Of a DNA stretch of 64,000 bases, positions 10,972 to 20,223 are shown piece by piece. Both the position numbers and the translations under genes were made by a program. This DNA is from Candidatus Asgardarchaeum abyssi. GTDB taxonomy: Archaea > Asgardarchaeota > Asgardarchaeia > Asgardarchaeales > Asgardarchaeaceae. A model generated the notes under the pieces. It ran no database searches. It saw only the letters and a list, made by a program, of their open reading frames with translations, and was not told where the DNA came from. The stretch covers positions 1 to 64,000 of the forward strand of contig JBECUL010000003.1 of the NCBI GenBank assembly GCA_040225955.1, written 5' to 3'. Each line of letters opens with the position of its first letter. Within the stretch, counting starts at the first letter, position 1.

Positions 10972-11787
10972 ATGCCTGTTTGGTTTGAATATGCTCCGAG
11001 AAATACATGGCTCCATAGGATGAGTCCTCTCTCAAAGTTGGCGCTTTTCCTTAGCTTATTTGTTACAATAAGCTTTGTTATAGATCCTCGTATATTAGCA
11101 ATCTATGCCTTTATAGCAATCATCTTATATGCTACATCAAAAACTCCATGGAAATGGATGATAATAAGTATTCCATTTGGACTATATCGATTTATGGAAG
11201 CCGCTATATATGGCTTTACCTTAGCGAAGCCAGAGTTGTATAAAGTGATTCCATTTGAGTTAGCGAGCAAAAAACTGTTTGTATTAGGTCCAATCACCAT
11301 GATTTATGGTAGTTTCTTGTTCTCTGTAGGATACATTTTCAGGATAATCATCGGAATGGCTTTAACTTTCACCTTTATCTACACAACTTCTCTAAATGAG
11401 TTAATAAAGTCCTTGCCAAAATTAAAGATTCCATCTCCTTTGATATTCGTCACTGTTATAGCTCTAAAGTTTGTTCCTGAATTGTGGCGCGAGTTTAACT
11501 TAACTTCAAAGGCCCAGTCACTTAGAGGTTGGGAATTAAAGACAAAAAACCCAGTTAAGCTCTTTAAGATGTCCGCGCCTATAGTGAATCCATTTACCAG
11601 AAAAATGATAACATATGTAGATAGGCTTACTTTAACAGTACAAATAAGAGGCTTTGGAACGAAAAGTGTAAGATATCCATGGAAAGTAAAATTTGACATA
11701 GTTGACTGGATAATAACAATTCTATCATTCGTGGCAACAGCATTTGTTCTTTACTTGGTCATCTTCTACAACTTTGGGCAAATTTAA
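10972..11787 (+). CDS. ecfT: ECF transporter transmembrane T component
   Basis: WLHRMSPLSK N-terminus; AQSLRG and VQIRG Arg motifs. Confidence 0.9.
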   Translation: MPVWFEYAPRNTWLHRMSPLSKLALFLSLFVTISFVIDPRILAIYAFIAIILYATSKTPWKWMIISIPFGLYRFMEAAIYGFTLAKPELYKVIPFELASKKLFVLGPITMIYGSFLFSVGYIFRIIIGMALTFTFIYTTSLNELIKSLPKLKIPSPLIFVTVIALKFVPELWREFNLTSKAQSLRGWELKTKNPVKLFKMSAPIVNPFTRKMITYVDRLTLTVQIRGFGTKSVRYPWKVKFDIVDWIITILSFVATAFVLYLVIFYNFGQI

Positions 11788-11835
11788 TAGCCAATATATT
11801 AATTTTCTTCACTCTTCTTTATGTTTACAGTACTG

Positions 11836-12864
11836 TTAGTGATTATTTTCTTTATCCTTAATATGGGGAATTATTTCGTTTTTTAATAGTTTAAGAGTCT
11901 TGTTTAACTCTTTACCAATAGGATATCCTAAAACTAAATGTGTAATACCTACCTTGGCTTGTCTCTCTATTTTTTCAATGATCTCTTCTGGAGTACCAGT
12001 TAAAGAAAACCTATCGATCATCTCATCTGTGACCAACTCTTTTGCGGCATTAATATCTCCTGAGCTAATTAATTCCCGAATCTTAATAATAGCTTTAATA
12101 TCCTCGCATGTTCTTTCTAAGAATTCTATAGGGTGATAGTATAATACTTGTGCGACGGTTTTCTTTATCAGCTCTTTTGCCTCATTCAGATCCTTTGAAA
12201 TTGAACTATAGGTCCAATGAACTATACTAAAATTAGATAGGTCTTTATTTACCTTTTTCAATCCATCCATCAAATATTTTTTAGAAATCTCAATTATTTC
12301 CTCAGAGCAGGCACTTAAAATAACCCCATCTCCCAATCTCTCTGCAAGCCTAAGCATGCCAGCTCTCCTAGCACCAATGAATATAGGAATAGAAACAGGT
12401 GGATTCTTAAATTGTAGATTGCATACACTAAATGTTATACTTTTATGGGTAACTTTTTCACCGTTTAGTAATCTCCTTATTACAATAATTGAATCTTCAA
12501 CAACTCTAAGGGGCGATTTCCAACTTTTGTAACAAATTGATGAGAGCGGAAGTAAACCTCCCGCACCAATACCAATAACAACTCTACCATTCGATAAATC
12601 ATAGAGAGTTCTAAAAGCTCTTGCTATCATGGCTGGATGGCGTGTATATGGATTACAAATTGCTGTTCCAAGAGTTATTTGTTTTGTTGAAATAGCCAAG
12701 GCCGCTAGTGTAAGAAATGTATCATTGTAACTGCCAGCCGGATTTAAATCTGGAAGCATTATGCCATCAAAACCTGCTTTCTCAACAATAATTGATAACT
12801 CTATAAGCTCATTAATAGGCATTTTAGTTGATGGTCCAAATATGATCTTAATTGGCCTTTTCAC
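11836..12864 (-). CDS. LLM-class (Mer-like, probably F420-dependent) oxidoreductase, paralogue 1
   Basis: CNPYTRHPAMIA, SNGRVVIGIGAG, PIFIGA, GTPEE motifs. Confidence 0.85.
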   Translation of the reverse strand: MKRPIKIIFGPSTKMPINELIELSIIVEKAGFDGIMLPDLNPAGSYNDTFLTLAALAISTKQITLGTAICNPYTRHPAMIARAFRTLYDLSNGRVVIGIGAGGLLPLSSICYKSWKSPLRVVEDSIIVIRRLLNGEKVTHKSITFSVCNLQFKNPPVSIPIFIGARRAGMLRLAERLGDGVILSACSEEIIEISKKYLMDGLKKVNKDLSNFSIVHWTYSSISKDLNEAKELIKKTVAQVLYYHPIEFLERTCEDIKAIIKIRELISSGDINAAKELVTDEMIDRFSLTGTPEEIIEKIERQAKVGITHLVLGYPIGKELNKTLKLLKNEIIPHIKDKENNH

Positions 12865-12948
12865 ATTATCACACCATTATAATTTTACATTTATTTCCTT
12901 ACGCAAGACTTTTAATTTTTTGTCCACCACCATTTTGGGGAGAAAGTC

Positions 12949-13187
12949 TGCCTTCCGAAACAGTTAAATGTTTTATGAGCATTTGTGAGTATTGAGGTAG
13001 TGTCTGAATGTGGTGGGAGTAAAGCACCGAAAGGACACCGCAATGTGAAAGGACGCCGCGATGTGGGCTTGTGGGGTTACCCTGAACGGGGTCGAGACCG
13101 ATGACTTGCTCCCTATGAACCCAGAGGGAGCTGAGGCTGATGTGGCCCAGGGTGGATGTTCGCTCACCAATGCGGACATTCACTGAA
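12949..13187 (+). mobile_element. Non-autonomous 239-bp tnpB-derived element (IS607 or IS200/IS605 type), copy 1
   Basis: ~91% identical to 45171-45409 (20 substitutions, 2 indels by manual alignment); GC-rich; TnpB Zn-finger-like remnant ECGGSKAPKGHRNVK...RDV; conserved hairpins; exact ends uncertain by a few bp. Confidence 0.75.
12955..12970 (+). promoter_or_regulatory. Archaeal BRE/TATA-like promoter at the element's left end (copy 1)
   Basis: CCGAAACAGTTAAATG (CCGAAACAGTTAAATA in copy 2, 45177-45192), upstream of TGAGG and a GTG. Confidence 0.55.
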
Positions 13188-13190
13188 CCC
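13055..13190 (+). ncRNA. Putative TnpB omegaRNA-like structured RNA, copy 1
   Basis: Hairpins GCTCCCT/AGGGAGC (13108-13131) and GGTGGATGT/ACATTCACT (13151-13184); compensatory and G-U-compatible changes versus copy 2; 5' boundary approximate. Confidence 0.55.
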
Positions 13191-13396
13191 CCAAAACACT
13201 CCTTGCATTAATAAATCAAATTATAAGTTCACTGCTCCATAATTTCCTTATGATCCATAATAATAGTGAATATATGAAAAAAGAGCATTAGGACATAAAT
13301 AATCGCAAAATTACTAAAAAGCAGATTAATAAGAGAGATAAAAAAAAGAAAAATAATTTCATTTTAGGAATTAAAGAATTAAGGAAACACAGATTG

Positions 13397-13873
13397 TTAC
13401 TTATCTACTTTCTTTTCCTCTTCCTTCTCTGGTATGTTTTTTGGCTTAGTGCTACTAGACAATTTATCTAATGCTTTTATTACTCCATCGATGATAGCTT
13501 GTGGTCTAGGTGGGCAACCTGGAATATAAATGTCTACTGGGATTATTTTGTCTAGAGGTCCTGCAAATCCATAATCTTCTCCAAATATACCACCAGAGAC
13601 TGCACAAGAACCAACCGCAATAACGCAAACAGGCTTAGGTGTCATCTCATAAATTCGTTTTAGTCGTTCCTTTATCGCAGTAGTTACTGGCCCAGTTACT
13701 ATTAATATATCAGCATGCCTTGGGCTACCTTTCTGAATAATGCCAAAACGTTCAACATCAAATCTAGGTGTCAATGCAGCTACGACCTCTATGTCGCACG
13801 CATTACAACCTCCAGCAGGTACGTGCATTATCCATGGTGACTTTTTTCTTGCCCATGAAATAATCTTACTCAT
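13397..13873 (-). CDS. Group 4 [NiFe]-hydrogenase small subunit (NuoB-like)
   Basis: GGCNACDIE, SPRHAD, GSCAVSGG, PGCPPRP. Confidence 0.93.
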   Translation of the reverse strand: MSKIISWARKKSPWIMHVPAGGCNACDIEVVAALTPRFDVERFGIIQKGSPRHADILIVTGPVTTAIKERLKRIYEMTPKPVCVIAVGSCAVSGGIFGEDYGFAGPLDKIIPVDIYIPGCPPRPQAIIDGVIKALDKLSSSTKPKNIPEKEEEKKVDK

Positions 13874-13882
13874 ATTATCACC

Positions 13883-15337
13883 TCAAAATGAATTTAATCC
13901 TGAAACCGCTTCAACGACAATAGATAGAAATATTTCTGGAAAAGCACTCGCTACAGCAATAAGTAATAGTAAAATGGCGATAGGAATAGTCATCTCTTTG
14001 GGCAACTTCTTTATGTCATCCCCATTTGCCATCACTTTTGGTTCACCGAAGAATATCATATGTGCTGCTCTTACAAAATATCCAACCGCAATCAAGCTTG
14101 CCACTATTGCCAAAATGGTTACCCAAATATAACCTGCTTTAAATGAAGCGTCGTATATTAAAAACTTACTATAGAATCCATTCAAAGGTGGTACACCGCC
14201 CATTGAAAGACCAGCTACTAGGAATGTAGTTGCTAGCAGTGGCATTTTTTTAACCAAGCCACCCATTTTTTTCATGTCTCTAGTCCCGGTTGCAAAGAAT
14301 AGGGCGCCACTGATGAGAAAGAGTGTGCTTTTAAGAAGACCATGATTGAAGATATCAAAAACGGAACCATATAATCCAATTTGTGTAGCAATACTAATTC
14401 CAAGTATAATATACCCTATCTCATCTATGCATGAATATGAAAGAAGCCTTTTTATATCTGTCTGTACCAGAGCGAATAAGGCTCCGAGAATCATAGTTGC
14501 TGTGCCAATTACAATAACAATTAGATAAAGATCTTGTGTCAAAATAGGGCTGAATGCATCAAATGTTCTTATTAGCGCAATAGCAGCGGTTTCTGTCATG
14601 ATACCACCAAGAATTGCACTAATTGGAGCTGGGGCCTCAGAATATGCGTCAGGGAGCCATGTATAGAAGGGTATAATACCCGCTTTAGCTCCAAATCCGA
14701 AGAATACAGAGAGAAAGATTATTTTTATTGCCATGACATTTGTAATTGTATTCTTATTGGCTTGCAGAAAAGAGTAGATATCATTATATGAGAATGAAGT
14801 TATGTTTAAAGTTACCATATAGGTAAGAGCTATAATTATCATTGCAGTTCCAAAACTGCAAATTATAAGGTACTTTAAACTCGCTTCAAAAGCCTCACTT
14901 GTATTCTCATGAGCTACTAGGAGTACGGAAAATATGGTTGCACCTTCTATGTATAAGTAAGTACTCAGAATATCTGCGGACATTACAGTACCTATCATTG
15001 CAAAAATGAACAAAGAATACCAGAAGTAGTATTTTTGTACCCTTTGGAGTTCTCCTTTTATAACTGGAATCGAGAAGTATGCAGCTGTTGTGGACAAAAT
15101 TAAAATCAATACTGTAATAAAACTACCTAATGTATCAATGTACAAATTAAACCAATATGTGGGATGAACTATCTTACTGTTTAACTGATATAATAGAATC
15201 AAAGAGAACACTAAAGCCCCAAGGTTCAGCAATGTTATGACTTTCCCTATATATTCCGCCTTTTTTATGAATATTGAAGCGGCACACCCCATTAGCAGTA
15301 GTATAAAAATTGCTATAATAAATAACTCTGTCACCAC
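13883..15337 (-). CDS. Antiporter-like membrane subunit (HyfF/NuoM/MrpD type)
   Basis: KAGIIPFYTWLPDAY, DIKRLLSYS, NHGLLKSTLF, GVPPLNGFYSK. Confidence 0.9.
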   Translation of the reverse strand: MVTELFIIAIFILLLMGCAASIFIKKAEYIGKVITLLNLGALVFSLILLYQLNSKIVHPTYWFNLYIDTLGSFITVLILILSTTAAYFSIPVIKGELQRVQKYYFWYSLFIFAMIGTVMSADILSTYLYIEGATIFSVLLVAHENTSEAFEASLKYLIICSFGTAMIIIALTYMVTLNITSFSYNDIYSFLQANKNTITNVMAIKIIFLSVFFGFGAKAGIIPFYTWLPDAYSEAPAPISAILGGIMTETAAIALIRTFDAFSPILTQDLYLIVIVIGTATMILGALFALVQTDIKRLLSYSCIDEIGYIILGISIATQIGLYGSVFDIFNHGLLKSTLFLISGALFFATGTRDMKKMGGLVKKMPLLATTFLVAGLSMGGVPPLNGFYSKFLIYDASFKAGYIWVTILAIVASLIAVGYFVRAAHMIFFGEPKVMANGDDIKKLPKEMTIPIAILLLLIAVASAFPEIFLSIVVEAVSGLNSF

Positions 15338-15954
15338 CTCAACCTCCTTAAGCTCCAGCTATCTATCGTACCAGTTTTTTGATACGTGTTTATCGCTAGG
15401 TAAAGTATAGTAACAACGATTCCAAGAAGTAAGCCATCTATGACCGTTAGTGCTAAAATCATCAAAAGTTCTGGCGCCTCATACTGGAGAGCATATAGAG
15501 AGAAAAACACATGTAGTGCACTATCGTATATTGTATATCCAATGGCCATTTTAATTAAATTGCCTTTAAGTATGAGTGCATAAGTTCCAACACCAGCCAA
15601 TGCCAATGCTATTGAAAGTTTCCAATCAACTACTGGAACTGCGAATAGCAAAACTGTTACTAAACCAACGGCGAATACTAGAGCTATCACTACTGTAGCA
15701 GTACTGAAATACTTTTCTTTCTCTTTAAAATCGATCTTTTGCGCTACCTTAATTATAAGCAAAGGTATTACAATGCCAACAACGATAAGATTTAATATAC
15801 TTCCTATAATCTCACCCTCTAGTATTGTTAACAATGTTGTTAAAATACCGTAAAGAGTAAGCGTAATTGCGACTCTTTTAAAGTGAGTAAGTTCCACAGT
15901 GACAGCTGCCACAACAACAGTTATATAAATTAGAGCAAGAGTTATCTCACTCAT
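15331..15954 (-). CDS. Small membrane subunit of the hydrogenase (HyfE/NuoJK-like)
   Basis: ~7 TM segments; C-terminal TGTIDSWSLRRLRW resembles NuoK/MrpC ends; overlaps both neighbours. Confidence 0.7.
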   Translation of the reverse strand: MSEITLALIYITVVVAAVTVELTHFKRVAITLTLYGILTTLLTILEGEIIGSILNLIVVGIVIPLLIIKVAQKIDFKEKEKYFSTATVVIALVFAVGLVTVLLFAVPVVDWKLSIALALAGVGTYALILKGNLIKMAIGYTIYDSALHVFFSLYALQYEAPELLMILALTVIDGLLLGIVVTILYLAINTYQKTGTIDSWSLRRLRW

Positions 15955-16498
15955 TGAGCATCATCCTCACTAAAATTTTTCGTCCAAGTGAAATATTCTC
16001 AACCTTTCCTCTGCAATCTGGGCACAACTCTAATTGCTTTCGTATTTCGTCTTCACTAATTTTGTGTTCTTTTAGAAGTTGTTGCATCCTTTCAAGTCCG
16101 CGATTGAACTGGGCAACAGTCATGAATGGCCTTCCGCAATTTCTGCATTTTAAAAGATCAAACTTAATTTCTATTACTTCTTCTTGAGTTGTAGAAGATG
16201 CAAGTTCGTACTCCTGAGTTAGGTGTATTCCATCTTCAGGACAAATTTCTTCACATCTTGCACAGAAAGTGCATTTCCCATAGAATAATGAAATTATTCT
16301 AACATCATCCTTATCTTCTAAACTCAATGCTCCAGATGGACATAATTGCACACATGCACCGCATCCGATACACTTTGATGGATCAAACTCTGGTTTCCCT
16401 CTGAATTTCTCTGGTGGTGGTGTTTTCTCAAAAGGATATTTCACCGTTGCAGGAGCTTTAAGAGCCTTAAAAACTTCAGTAATTATTTTCTTCTTCAT
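15947..16498 (-). CDS. NuoI/HycF-like 4Fe-4S subunit
   Basis: ATVKYP..FRG, CIGCGACVQLCP, CTFCARCEEICP, plus CRNC...CPDC. Confidence 0.92.
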   Translation of the reverse strand: MKKKIITEVFKALKAPATVKYPFEKTPPPEKFRGKPEFDPSKCIGCGACVQLCPSGALSLEDKDDVRIISLFYGKCTFCARCEEICPEDGIHLTQEYELASSTTQEEVIEIKFDLLKCRNCGRPFMTVAQFNRGLERMQQLLKEHKISEDEIRKQLELCPDCRGKVENISLGRKILVRMMLNE

Positions 16499-17499
16499 TA
16501 TATCACCCCTAATGCAAAAAGTGTCTCACCAACAAATCCAATAATTGCTAAGGGCAATATGTATTTGAAGTAAAACTTGTATCCCTGGTCTATACGGTAG
16601 CGTGGATTAATTGTTTCAAGAAGTGTAAGTAGAAAAACAACTAGAGCACATTTAATTAGGAATGTTATGATTGTTAGGTCTCCACCAAAGAACAATATAA
16701 CTGTAAGTGCTGGAATGATAAACCACTTAAAAACATTGGCTAGTTCAAAGATACCAAGAAGGCAACCTGAATACTCTGTTAATGGACCTGCAACTATTTC
16801 ACACTCCGCCTCTGGCATATCAAAAGGTTTAATTCGCAATTTGGGAAGGACGCATATTATAAAGACTGCAAATGTAATGAAGTGAAACACTGGAGCAAGA
16901 AAACCAAATGAGGAATTACTAGGAATCTCTAGAATGAAAGGACCATTAGATATTTGATATGTGAAAATGTCACTTAATCTTAAGCTCGAGACATGAAAAG
17001 CAACTGCTATCGAGGCTAAAGCAAAGGGTAATTCATAAGCTATGACAAGGTTAACTTTTCTGCTAGAGCCTATTGCAGCGTATGGTGATGGTGTACTAAA
17101 ACCAGCTAGTATTTCTGCAGCCTCAATCATGGCCAGAAGGTATATTATAAGGATTAAGTCTCCATAAAATGATAATGTGAATATAGAAACCGATGGTAGG
17201 ATAGATACTGGAATTGGTAACAGCCATAGAACAACTAATGCGCTGGATAGAGCCATTATAGGTGCAAATACAAAGATGAATTTATTTGCCATCGCTGGAA
17301 TTATTGTTTCCTTTGCAAATAACTTAATTAGATCAGCAAATGTCTGGTACCAGGGGGGTCCTACACGTGATTGAAATCTAGCTCGTAGTTTTCTGAACTC
17401 CCACCAGAATAATGAGCCCACAATAAAAGCAAAAAGGATTCCTGGGTAGATGAGAATACTTAATAAAAGTTCTAATGTTATTTGTATAACCATCTGCAT
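16498..17499 (-). CDS. NuoH/HycD-like membrane subunit
   Basis: RKLRARFQSRVGPP, PFDMPEAECEIVAGPLTEYSG, PRYRIDQ. Confidence 0.93.
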   Translation of the reverse strand: MQMVIQITLELLLSILIYPGILFAFIVGSLFWWEFRKLRARFQSRVGPPWYQTFADLIKLFAKETIIPAMANKFIFVFAPIMALSSALVVLWLLPIPVSILPSVSIFTLSFYGDLILIIYLLAMIEAAEILAGFSTPSPYAAIGSSRKVNLVIAYELPFALASIAVAFHVSSLRLSDIFTYQISNGPFILEIPSNSSFGFLAPVFHFITFAVFIICVLPKLRIKPFDMPEAECEIVAGPLTEYSGCLLGIFELANVFKWFIIPALTVILFFGGDLTIITFLIKCALVVFLLTLLETINPRYRIDQGYKFYFKYILPLAIIGFVGETLFALGVI

Positions 17500-18686
17500 T
17501 ATCTCCTCTTCCTCCTAAACATTTGTTCGAGTTTTTCAAATGTTACTACATACTCTTTGTTCTTTCTGCTATCAATAACTATAACCCTGTCTGTACATGA
17601 AAAACATGGGTCGACGCTCGCTAAGATTATAGGCACATCTGCTAATGTTTCGTCAATAAGCATCGGTTTTACAGAGGGTATATTCATATAGCTTGGTGTT
17701 CTTACTTTAACTCTTTCTGGTATATTTGTTCCGTTGGACTTTATGAAGTAGAAAAGCTCTCCTCTAGGGGCTTCACAGCGGCTCATAGCAATTCCTTCTG
17801 GAAATTCTTCAATCTCGACAGAAATAGGCCCCTCAGGAAGATCTTTAAGCGCTTGACGTATTATTTTCACAGACTCTACCATTTCATCATACCTAACTAG
17901 TACTCTTGCAAGAACATCACATGAGTCATAAACTGAGATTGACCATTCTATTTTGTCGTAGGCGTCATATGGATCATCTTTTCTTACATCTATCGCAATG
18001 GACGAGGCTCTTGCTGTAGGACCTACCACACAGTATTTTTTCGCAGTATTTTTGTCAAGAATGCCTATTTCCTTCACACGCGCAAAAATCAATGGGTCAC
18101 TCGTAAGTTCTTGTAATAATACTTTCAATGCTTTTTCTAAAGAGTCTAATTTCTCATTAATCCCTCTTGCTAAAGCAGGTGATAAGTCCCTTCGTACACC
18201 ACCAAACTTGTTATATCCATAATTTACCCTATTTCCAGTTAGCATTTCGAGAATATCTTGTACAATTTCTCTATCACGCCATACATGCATGAACAATGTA
18301 TCAAAGCCTATAATATGAAGCCCTACACCAAACCATAGCAAGTGGCTATGGAGTCTCTCAAGCTCAAGCATGATTGTTCTTAGATATTTCGCACGCTCAG
18401 GTATCTCAATTCCAACAAGTTCCTCGACAGTTTGACAAAATGTATTTGTGTGCACACCACTACATATACCGCACACACGTTCAAATAAGAATATATCTCT
18501 CCAATAAGTTCTACTCATTGCTATTTTTTCAATTCCTCTATGAGTATATCCTACTTTTATATCAGCATCTATGATTCTTTCACCTTCTACTTCGAGCTTA
18601 AAGTACTCTGCTTCTTTCAGTGCTGGGTGATAAGGACCAATTGGTACAATAAAAGAATGATTTTTACTCACTTTTACTACCCCCAA
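17499..18686 (-). CDS. Group 4 [NiFe]-hydrogenase large subunit
   Basis: L1 ERVCGICSGVH and L2 DPCFSCTDR with a cleavable C-terminal extension; likely start is GTG at 18671. Confidence 0.95.
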   Translation of the reverse strand: MGVVKVSKNHSFIVPIGPYHPALKEAEYFKLEVEGERIIDADIKVGYTHRGIEKIAMSRTYWRDIFLFERVCGICSGVHTNTFCQTVEELVGIEIPERAKYLRTIMLELERLHSHLLWFGVGLHIIGFDTLFMHVWRDREIVQDILEMLTGNRVNYGYNKFGGVRRDLSPALARGINEKLDSLEKALKVLLQELTSDPLIFARVKEIGILDKNTAKKYCVVGPTARASSIAIDVRKDDPYDAYDKIEWSISVYDSCDVLARVLVRYDEMVESVKIIRQALKDLPEGPISVEIEEFPEGIAMSRCEAPRGELFYFIKSNGTNIPERVKVRTPSYMNIPSVKPMLIDETLADVPIILASVDPCFSCTDRVIVIDSRKNKEYVVTFEKLEQMFRRKRR

Positions 18687-19554
18687 TAATTTCTAAAAGA
18701 GCATCCGCTTTTACTCTATGCATTTTTAACAATTCACCAACATTGGGAAAATCAAAGGCCATTGCAAGAAGTTCCATTAGATGTATTACCGGAATACCAA
18801 ACTCCTCGCCAAACATTTTTTCTATCGTTTTTTGTTCGAAGTCTAATTGGTAATAACATGCAGGGCAGGTTACTACTATACAATCCGCTCCGCTCTCCTT
18901 GATCATTTTGAATTTTTGATAAGTCAAATTCTTTAATGCAAAATTATAATCATATTGTGATAGCGGATAGCCGCAACACATTCTTTCAGAACCATATGTT
19001 ACTATTGTTGCGCCAGTGGCTTTCACCACCTCATCAAAATATCCTGGCAATTTCCATATGTTATCAGGATCCCCAGATGTAAACAAGTGGCATCCATAGT
19101 GCATTGCAACTTTTAGGTTATTCAATGGCTTTTTAACATGCTTTTTTATTTCTTCGATGCCTATATCATTTACAAGTACCTCTAAAAAGTTTAAGACATG
19201 CGTCGTTCCTTGATATTCACGCCCAATGCTTTTTAGTCTTTCATTAATTTTCTGTTTAAGCTCAGGAGAATGCTCTAATTCAAGTTCTGTATCATGTAGG
19301 GTTTCATAACATCCATTACATATAGCCATCAAATTTTGCTTTTTCTCTTCTGCTATAGATAAGTTTCGTGCGGCTAGTGTTAGCCAGAGATCCCAATCTG
19401 CAACTTTAGATATAACTGGCTCTGGACAGCAAGAGAATCCCTCCGCATCATTAATTTTGACTCCTAATTCCTCAAAGACTTTTCGAGATGCAACTTCAAT
19501 GTTTAAAAACCTAGTAGATATCAGACATCCCCAGAAAACTATATACTCCGTCAT
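18664..19554 (-). CDS. hdrB: Heterodisulfide reductase subunit B-like (two CCG domains)
   Basis: FWGC, SCCPEP, CNGC, HYGCH, MCCG, CPAC..QLD: all ten HdrB cysteines present. Confidence 0.88.
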   Translation of the reverse strand: MTEYIVFWGCLISTRFLNIEVASRKVFEELGVKINDAEGFSCCPEPVISKVADWDLWLTLAARNLSIAEEKKQNLMAICNGCYETLHDTELELEHSPELKQKINERLKSIGREYQGTTHVLNFLEVLVNDIGIEEIKKHVKKPLNNLKVAMHYGCHLFTSGDPDNIWKLPGYFDEVVKATGATIVTYGSERMCCGYPLSQYDYNFALKNLTYQKFKMIKESGADCIVVTCPACYYQLDFEQKTIEKMFGEEFGIPVIHLMELLAMAFDFPNVGELLKMHRVKADALLEIIGGSKSE

Positions 19555-20216
19555 TTGTACCTAAGCCCTCCTTTCTTCCAATCAAATCCAACTTTTTTAT
19601 CGTACCCAACTTTTTTGATCAATTCATGAATCTCTTTTACAGATTCCTCCTTTAATGAGGCCACTGGCAGTTCTGGTGGAAGATTCATGCGTTCTCTTCT
19701 TCTTATAGTTGAGCTCGTAAATGGTATTGGCTGTCCTGTCATAATTAGTTCACTTACTACCTTTCGATGGGGCTTTGGAACGATTCCTTCCATAGGCTTT
19801 CTAAGTGGATATTTCCCTTCAGGCCACTCATAAGGTAGAATGATTCTTCTAAAGTCTGGATGTCCATTAAATTTCAACCCGAAAAGATCATGAATCTCAC
19901 GTTCGATCCAGTTTGCACCAGGTAAAATCGATGCTAATGAATCGATTTCATTAACGTCTTTTGGGACACGCGTTCTTAAACTTATAATACTTTTATTAGC
20001 CTCAAAGTGATACAGTAATTCAAAATCTAGCCCATCGTCCACACAAGATATTGTTATTAACCGGATGTCCTTTTCCACTAGCAATTTTGCTGCCTTTATA
20101 ATCGCTGATCTTTCTATGTCAATAATATATTTTTGTTCTTTAATTTTCTGTAAGCCTGAGATATAATCGCCAAGCTCTTGTTTAAGAATCTCTATCACAT
20201 CATCAGCCAACAACAT
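19551..20216 (-). CDS. NuoC-like subunit with C-terminal extension
   Basis: WIEREIHDLFGLKFNGHPD...YPLRK motif followed by ~80 extra aa. Confidence 0.9.
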   Translation of the reverse strand: MLLADDVIEILKQELGDYISGLQKIKEQKYIIDIERSAIIKAAKLLVEKDIRLITISCVDDGLDFELLYHFEANKSIISLRTRVPKDVNEIDSLASILPGANWIEREIHDLFGLKFNGHPDFRRIILPYEWPEGKYPLRKPMEGIVPKPHRKVVSELIMTGQPIPFTSSTIRRRERMNLPPELPVASLKEESVKEIHELIKKVGYDKKVGFDWKKGGLRYK

Positions 20217-20223
20217 TCACCTC

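Noticed and set aside
11836-12864. Calling the LLM genes mer
   Set aside because: The DH and GPGD-type Mer motifs are altered; only family-level assignment is supportable
12899-13183. ORFs 12899-13183, 12973-13179, 45205-45405 and 45280-45471 as real genes
   Set aside because: They are shadows of the GC-rich repeat; frames are not preserved between the copies because of two indels
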